Shown: one piece after another, positions 58,041 to 64,000 of the stretch
Layout of the letters: every line of letters starts with the position of its first letter
Position numbering within the stretch: position 1 is the stretch's first letter
Source: Candidatus Eiseniibacteriota bacterium
GTDB lineage: Bacteria; Eisenbacteria; RBG-16-71-46; CAVPCR01
Direction of reading: 5' to 3'
Length of the DNA: 64,000 nucleotides
Assembly: GCA_963823555.1 (NCBI GenBank)
Contig: CAWGMA010000001.1
Location: 960,001 to 1,024,000, forward strand
Notes under the pieces: model-generated
The model's input: the letters and a program-made list of their open reading frames with translations, nothing else
What the model was told of the DNA's origin: nothing
Database searches by the model: none
Translations under genes and position numbers: made by a program

Positions 58041-59165
58041 ATGCGGCTCGCCCTGGTCCTCTCGGTCCTCGCCGGCCTCGTCACGCTCCCGGCCGGTGCC
58101 CGGATGCTCCAGGTGACCGCGGGCGACCCTGGCGCCCTGGCCCAGGCTCTCTCCACAGCCAGAGCCCGCGATACGCTCCTCGTCGCTCCCGGGCGCTACC
58201 GAGGCGGGGTCACCATTCCCGATGGCGTGATCGTCATCGCAGTGGCCGGCCCCGACTCGACCGTGATCGACGGTGAGGGCAAGGGGCCTGTCGTTCTCTT
58301 CGAGCAGGTGAGCGGCGCGACGTTGCTCGAGGGATTCACGGTGACCGGAGGGCTTCTCTCCGGGGCCGAGGAAGATGGCGCTGGCGTGCTCTGTATCCGG
58401 GACGCGAGCCCCCGGCTCAATCACAATCGCATCGTCGGCAACCGGGCCCTCGGAGAGGATGCTCGCGGCGGCGGCATCGCCTGTCTCGACGGGTCGAATC
58501 CGGTGATCGCCAACAGCGTGATCAGGGACAACGAGTCCGCGATCGGGGGCGGCATCTACATCGGCAAGCGACGGGGTTGGGTATCGGCTCCGGTGGTGAG
58601 TGCCAATCGAATCCTCATGAACCGGGCCCGGCGCGAAGGCGGCGGCGTGGCTGTCACCCATGGCTCGGAGCCGGTCATCAGCATGAACGTGATCGCAGGC
58701 AACCGGGCTGGACGAGGAGGGGGAGGACTCAGCATCGATCGCGGCCAGCCCCGCATCGAGGAGAACGTTGTCTGGGGGAATGCCGACTCATCAGGGGTGG
58801 CGGCGGGGATTCTATTGATGAACTACGCGGCGCCGAGGGTCGAGCGCAACATCATCGCCAGGAACGAGGGTGGACCGGGCGTGAGTTGCGACGAGCAGCT
58901 CCAGGAGTGGCAGGAGTTCCGCTGCAACGATGTGTGGGGGCACGAGGGTGGGGATTTCGGATCAGGGTGCGCTGTGTATCCAGGAAATCTGAGCGCCGAT
59001 CCCAGGTTCTGCGACCCGGAGGGCGGGGATTTCCGGTTGCGTGCCGATTCGCCCTGCCTCGCCGCGCCCGGGTGCGAGCGGCTGGGCCCGTCCGGCCTCG
59101 GCTGTTCGGTCGAGGGCCTCGCGGAGCCCGGTGCATCCCGGGCCACTCCTGGCTCGAGACCATAG
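58041..59165 (+). CDS. Secreted right-handed beta-helix protein lacking a sorting domain
   Basis: Signal peptide; DTLLVAPG.Y, N.A..GGGI repeats, NLSADPRFCD...DFRL..DSPC. Confidence 0.82.
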   Translation: MRLALVLSVLAGLVTLPAGARMLQVTAGDPGALAQALSTARARDTLLVAPGRYRGGVTIPDGVIVIAVAGPDSTVIDGEGKGPVVLFEQVSGATLLEGFTVTGGLLSGAEEDGAGVLCIRDASPRLNHNRIVGNRALGEDARGGGIACLDGSNPVIANSVIRDNESAIGGGIYIGKRRGWVSAPVVSANRILMNRARREGGGVAVTHGSEPVISMNVIAGNRAGRGGGGLSIDRGQPRIEENVVWGNADSSGVAAGILLMNYAAPRVERNIIARNEGGPGVSCDEQLQEWQEFRCNDVWGHEGGDFGSGCAVYPGNLSADPRFCDPEGGDFRLRADSPCLAAPGCERLGPSGLGCSVEGLAEPGASRATPGSRP

Positions 59166-59521
59166 CGCCGCGGCCGAGCCGCGTGCTCGCGACTCGAGCG
59201 ACGTCCCATCATGCTCCGGAAGTCCTCCTCCTGCCAGACACCATCGACGAAGCGGTAGAACGTCACGCGGTATGACATCTCGGTCTCGGAGTACACGAGT
59301 TCCTCCGAGGCGCCGGCGCTGGCCCGCTTGGAGTAATGGGCGCGGCGCTCCAGGACGACCGGGCGCGATACCCGCTCGAGCCGCATCATCCCGCCCGGAC
59401 CCTCGAACTCGATCTTCTCGACTCGCCCGGGGCCTGGATCGAGCGGATGCTCGACGTCTCGAGTGACCTTGAACGTGTCCCGGATGCGTTCGGTCAGTTC
59501 AATCCAGCGCTCGTCGTTCAC
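58823..59521 (-). CDS. Conserved hypothetical protein (~105-aa core; ORF runs on antisense into the neighbour)
   Basis: SD AAAGGAGG + GTG; globular-looking core IEFEGPGGMMRLERVSRPVVLE...YS. Confidence 0.7.
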   Translation of the reverse strand: MNDERWIELTERIRDTFKVTRDVEHPLDPGPGRVEKIEFEGPGGMMRLERVSRPVVLERRAHYSKRASAGASEELVYSETEMSYRVTFYRFVDGVWQEEDFRSMMGRRSSREHAARPRRYGLEPGVARDAPGSARPSTEQPRPDGPSRSHPGAARQGESARNRKSPPSGSQNLGSALRFPGYTAHPDPKSPPSCPHTSLQRNSCHSWSCSSQLTPGPPSFLAMMLRSTLGAA

Positions 59522-59907
59522 CGACAGGACCTCCTTTCCGGGTCAGCCCCGGTCGTGCCAACGACCACCCAGGCCATGGCGCAGGGCTCCTCCGGGCGCG
59601 AATCAAATTGCCAAACCAGAAGGAAAATGGTACCTTAGCTCTGCTTCCGGAGGGTCGATTGTGCCCCATTCGGTGGGGAGAGTCGAAGTCCTTTTGTACT
59701 CGCACGGCCGGTCCGGCAAGGGGTTTCATCCGGCGGCATCTTATTGAGGGCATGCCGCCGGTGTGAGTTCTTGGCGACGCACGACCTCGTGCTGGGGCGA
59801 CCGGGACCGGTTCGGACCTCCGGCTGTCCGGTTCACGAGCCAATCATCATCGTTTCGTCGCCTCGAGGAGCTTAAGCCATCCGGGATCCCGGTTCCGGTC
59901 GAGCTCT

Positions 59908-62500
59908 GTGCGACCCGTGACGACGTCCGCTGCCCGCAGCGCACGCTCCAGGTCCAACCGCCTGACGTGGCTGGCCACGGGACTGTGCTTGCTGGTCATC
60001 GGCGTCCCGCTCACGGTCAACGCGTTCGGCTCCGCCTACCGGGCCGGGTTCCAGGTCGTGGGCCTCGCTCTCGGCCTGCTCGTGATTTCAGACTCCCGGC
60101 TAGCTTCCCGCCTCCTCGCAGGGCGCCCACGAAGCGTGATGCTGCCGTTCGTTGCGTTGTGGGTCTACATGATGGCTCGTGTCTCCGTCACGCCCGATCT
60201 GCCGACGGCCACGGCCCAGGTTCTGGATCGCACCGTGTTCCTGGTGCTGATCGCCATTCTGGCGTCGGGGATGATCGGAGAGCGGAGGAGAATCGTCGTT
60301 CGCGCGGGACTTCTCGGCATGGCGGTCGTGGCCGCCTGGGGAATCCTGCAGCGATTCGGCATTCACCCATTTCTCGATCCATCGATCTGGGAGCCGAGCC
60401 GGCCCACCCGGCCTCTCGGCACGCACAACTTGATGGGGGTCTACCCGGCAGCCTGGTTGCCGGTGGCCTACGCCGTGGCGCTCCAGGCGTCGCCGCGGCG
60501 GAAGATGATCTGGGGAGCCGTGGCTCTGCTCGGACTCGCTTGTTTCCTGCTAAGCGAGTCGCGCGGAGCATGGCTGGCCATGATCATCGCCCTGGCCATC
60601 ATGCTGCCCTGGCTCCTCCGCGGCGGCGGCCGTCAGATCGCAGAGGTCGTGGGGCGCGACCGGAGGGGCGCGTGGATTCTCCTGGGAGCGACGGCCGCGG
60701 TGGCGATCGCTTGCGTGGGCTCGGTCGCCACGCGGCTGGGAACGCCCGAGCAGTCGGGACTGCTCGGGGAGTCGGTTTCAGATCCTGACGGCTCGGGCCC
60801 CGTGGATGCACTGGGGACCGGGCGACAGGGGGGAACCGTCTCGGAGGGGGGGAGCGCCGCCGGCTTCGGCCTCGGCGCTGACGAGTTTCGAGCGGCGCAA
60901 GCTGGTCGGGCAGACGGCCCTGACGCTCATTGGCGAGCGCCCGCTCATCGGTCATGGGACCGGGAGCTTTCGTCTCGCGTTCTACACGGCACGACCGCCG
61001 ATCATGCAGCGGCTAGAAGCCGAGACCGGCGAGACGGCCGTCCATGCGCATTCGGATCCGCTCGAGCTGACCGCTGAGCTCGGGCTGTTCGGGTTCATGC
61101 TTGCGGCCATCGGGTTCTTTGCCGCCGGACGGCGCGCGCTCGCAGCCATCGACCTGCGGCCAACCGCGGTGGATGGCGTCGCGAAGGTGGCGGCCGGTGA
61201 CTTCCTGGTTGCCGCGGGGATTGTGGCGGGCGGGCTGGCGCTCGGGCTGCATGCCTGCGTGGACTTCCCGCTCGTGGAGGTACCGACCGCGCTGGTGGGG
61301 GTCCTGTTCCTCGGGCTTGCGTCCGGAGAGCGGCCCCTCGGGCTCGGGAAGGTGAAGGACCCGGATCCCTCGCCGCCGGCTCATGCAGCGCCCGTGGCGC
61401 GGATGGCCGTGGCGGGAATCCTGGTTGTCGGGATCGCGGTTGCCTTGGCGATGGCCGCTGCGGATCGTGCCTACCATCGAGCCTATGCTGAGCTCGTACG
61501 GGGCGAGGTCGAGGCCAGCGAGAAGTGGCTCGAGCGGGCGATGCGCTGGGCTCCCGATCGAGCGCGGGACTGGGTGGCCTACGCGGAGGTAGCGCGTCAT
61601 CGGGCGCGGCTTTCAGGGTCGGCGGAAGCACGAACCCAGGAGTCCATGGTGGCGGCGGAACGGTTCACGAGCGCAGCGGAACTCGAGCCCCAGATCGGGG
61701 CGCGGTGGCAGCGTGCCGCCTTCGCACTCGATGAGGCGCGGCGTATGGGGGCAGCGGCGAGCGCGGATTCGGTGCAAGCGCTGGTCGAGCTGGCCCTGGC
61801 GCGCAATCCGTACTTGGGGCCGGCCCGCGCCCTCGAGGCGCGGCTGGCGCGCGAGGCGGGCGCTCTCGACCGGGCGGAGGTTGTGCTCGCCGCAGGCGAG
61901 GAGATGGTGCCCGGTCAGCCGGCACTCCTGCTCGAGCGGGGCCGCCTGAACGTGGCCACGGGCGACACCACGGGTGCGCTCAGCGCTTTCGCGCGCGCGG
62001 CACGCAGCGGCGATGCGGAACGAGCCGGAGCGGCGCTCGATGGGCTGGCTGGAGTGGCGCGCGGCGGCCATGTCGAGGTGGCGCGCGAGGCGGAGGCGAT
62101 TTTGGAAGGCCTGGCGGTGGACGATGGGCTTGCAGCCTCGGTTCGTGGTGGCGCCGCCAGGGTGCGCGGTGATCTGGCCGCGGCTCGGGGCGATCGCGAG
62201 CTGGCGCGCAGGATGTACCTAGAGGCCACGACGGCGGGAGGAGCACGTCCCGAGGCGGAGCTGGGGCTTGGCAACCTGGCCTATGCCGAGGGCCGGCTCG
62301 ACGAGGCGGAACGTCACTATCGTTCGGCGCTGGCCGGCCGGCCCGACATGGCCGAAGGCTGGCAGAACTTGGGTAGCGTGGCCATGGCCCGGCGCGACAC
62401 CGCGCTGGCGCTCAGGCTCTACCGGCGGGCCATCGGGCTCGCACCGGGCAATGCGCAACTAGAGGGCTACATTGAAGAGATTTCGGGCCGGCACCAGTGA
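59908..62500 (+). CDS. O-antigen-ligase (Wzy_C)-family membrane protein with C-terminal TPRs; split by a +1 frameshift in G-runs near 60828-60852
   Basis: LGTHNLMG.Y and SESRGAWLA (frame 1); PLIGHG.GSF, HAHSDPLELTAELGLFG, HACVDFPL and TPRs (frame 2). Confidence 0.82.
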
Positions 62501-62727
62501 TGTGCGTGCCGGTCCATCACTCATGGGTCGAGCTGGATCGTCCGGCTCGGTCCGCAGAACACCCGATCGGGCGTTGGAGCGCGATCATCTTGGTGGCTGA
62601 AGGAACAGCGGTTCGGGGAGACAAAGGGTCAAGGCGCGCCTGCGCGAGCGGGGCGACGTCGCGATGCGAGAGGCATCAAGAGGGCGCCGATGTGGTGCCA
62701 GATTTGCTCGCGAGGAGGAAGCATCTC

Positions 62728-64000
62728 ATGCAGTCGGTTCGAAGGACAGCGTTCAGCCTCCTGGCGGTCGCGCTACTCTGGCTCGTGGCCGTCCCCGTGG
62801 TGGGAGCCCAGGAGGCGCTATCGGGCCCCCCGGTCGCCAGCGGTCCGGGGACCCTCATTCCGGGACCTGATCCCGGCGAGTCCGTCGCCTGCACCCCGGT
62901 GATCGGTGTGGATCCCGATCCCGTGGCCTTCGGCGATGTTCCCGTCGGAGAGACGTCCACTCTCGATGTCCAGATCACCGACCTCGAGTCCGATACCGAG
63001 TGCGGGATCACGATCTCGTCGATCGAACTCACCGTGGGATCCGGGTTCTTCGAGATCCTGGGTCTGCCCACGTTGCCTCAGACCTTCCCGGCGGGCGTGC
63101 CGTTCACGTTCCAGGTGCGCTTCGCGCCGCCACAGGCCGGGCAGCTGAATGGGGTCATGACGATCACCTCCGATGATCCGGTGACGCCGGTCAAGGAGGT
63201 CAACCTGAACGGCCGGGGAACCGCCGGCAATCAGCCCCCGACCTGCAACGCCGATGGCCCCTACGTGGGCGTCGTCGGGGTGGCGGTCTCCTTCGATGGT
63301 TCGGGTTCCGAGGATCCGGACGGGACCATCACGAGCTACGAGTGGGACTTCGGTGACGGCTCCTCCGGCACCGGTGTCTCCCCGACCCACGTCTACGCCA
63401 CGGAGGGCACCTTCACGGTGACCCTGACCGTCACCGATGACGGTTCCCCCCCATTGAATTCGGAGTGCTCGAGCAGCGCTTCGATCACCGGGGGTACCGC
63501 GGACACGATCACCGTCACGGCACCGAACGGCGCCGAGGAGTTCGCGCCCGGAGATGTGACCTCTGTCACCTGGGAGAGCGAAGGCGACATCCTCTTCGTC
63601 GATATCGAGCTCTCGCTCGATGGCGGCACCTCCTATGAGGCGATCGGCGTCAGCGAGGAAAACGACGGGAGCTTCGCCTGGACCGTTTCCAATACGCCCA
63701 CCGAGAACGCGCTGATCCGGGTCAAGGATGCGACCGACGGCGTTCCGTCCGACGTTTCGGATGCTCCATTCACGATCAACGGCGTGATCCTGACCCGGCC
63801 GAACGGGGGGGAGACGCTGCGCATCGGCGATACCGAGAACATCATCTGGGACGTGTTCGGAACGCTGACCACGACCGTGCGTCTCGAGCTCTCGACCGAC
63901 GGCGGCTTCAGCTTCACCGACATCGTGGCCTCGACCGACAATGATGCGCTCTACGAGTGGACGGTGGCCGGGAACCCGACCGTCGAGGCGCTGGTTCGCA
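62728..64000 (+). CDS. Secreted multi-Ig protein (ASH/choice-of-anchor-D-like, PKD and PNGGE Ig-like repeats), 3'-truncated; absent from the ORF track
   Basis: SD GAGGAGG, ATG 62728, signal peptide; VAFGDV.VG, FDGSGS.DPDGTITSYEWDFGDG, PTHVY, PNG.E...LS.DGG repeats; no stop before the window end. Confidence 0.85.
   Translation, partial: MQSVRRTAFSLLAVALLWLVAVPVVGAQEALSGPPVASGPGTLIPGPDPGESVACTPVIGVDPDPVAFGDVPVGETSTLDVQITDLESDTECGITISSIELTVGSGFFEILGLPTLPQTFPAGVPFTFQVRFAPPQAGQLNGVMTITSDDPVTPVKEVNLNGRGTAGNQPPTCNADGPYVGVVGVAVSFDGSGSEDPDGTITSYEWDFGDGSSGTGVSPTHVYATEGTFTVTLTVTDDGSPPLNSECSSSASITGGTADTITVTAPNGAEEFAPGDVTSVTWESEGDILFVDIELSLDGGTSYEAIGVSEENDGSFAWTVSNTPTENALIRVKDATDGVPSDVSDAPFTINGVILTRPNGGETLRIGDTENIIWDVFGTLTTTVRLELSTDGGFSFTDIVASTDNDALYEWTVAGNPTVEALVR

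Noticed and set aside
1..64000. CRISPR arrays, rRNA, IS elements, phage or defence genes
   Set aside because: No repeat-spacer pattern or corresponding protein motifs were seen.

Overview
High-GC bacterial chromosomal window. Gene content suggests an FCB-group organism, possibly Eisenbacteria/Latescibacterota/Krumholzibacteriota-like (inference from PorV-like barrels, a GWxTD protein, CTD/FlgD-type sorting domains and a Bat operon). Housekeeping blocks: nadD-coaE-prfB (programmed +1 frameshift)-phosphohexomutase-corA, and pgk-tpiA-secG-tRNA-Leu(GAG). Envelope and accessory blocks: (i) a 13.5 kb outer-membrane cluster with a DOMON-like lipoprotein, two FadL/PorV-like barrels, a TonB-dependent receptor, a Cys-rich CTD-tagged protein, a PorV-family protein and a GWxTD protein; (ii) a hexaheme c-type cytochrome with a C-terminal sorting domain, behind a sigma54-type promoter and directly upstream of (iii) an Flp/Tad pilus locus with a highly structured leader; (iv) a moxR-DUF58-Bat operon followed by an RsbU/V/W-like partner-switching module; (v) beta-helix proteins, an O-antigen-ligase/TPR protein and a PKD/Ig protein. 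Six genes carry apparent single-base frameshifts, most likely assembly indels. A candidate ~205-nt structured ncRNA with its own promoter lies at about 5654-5860. No CRISPR array, rRNA, integrase or transposase was seen. All annotations come from reading motifs by eye; no database searches were run.
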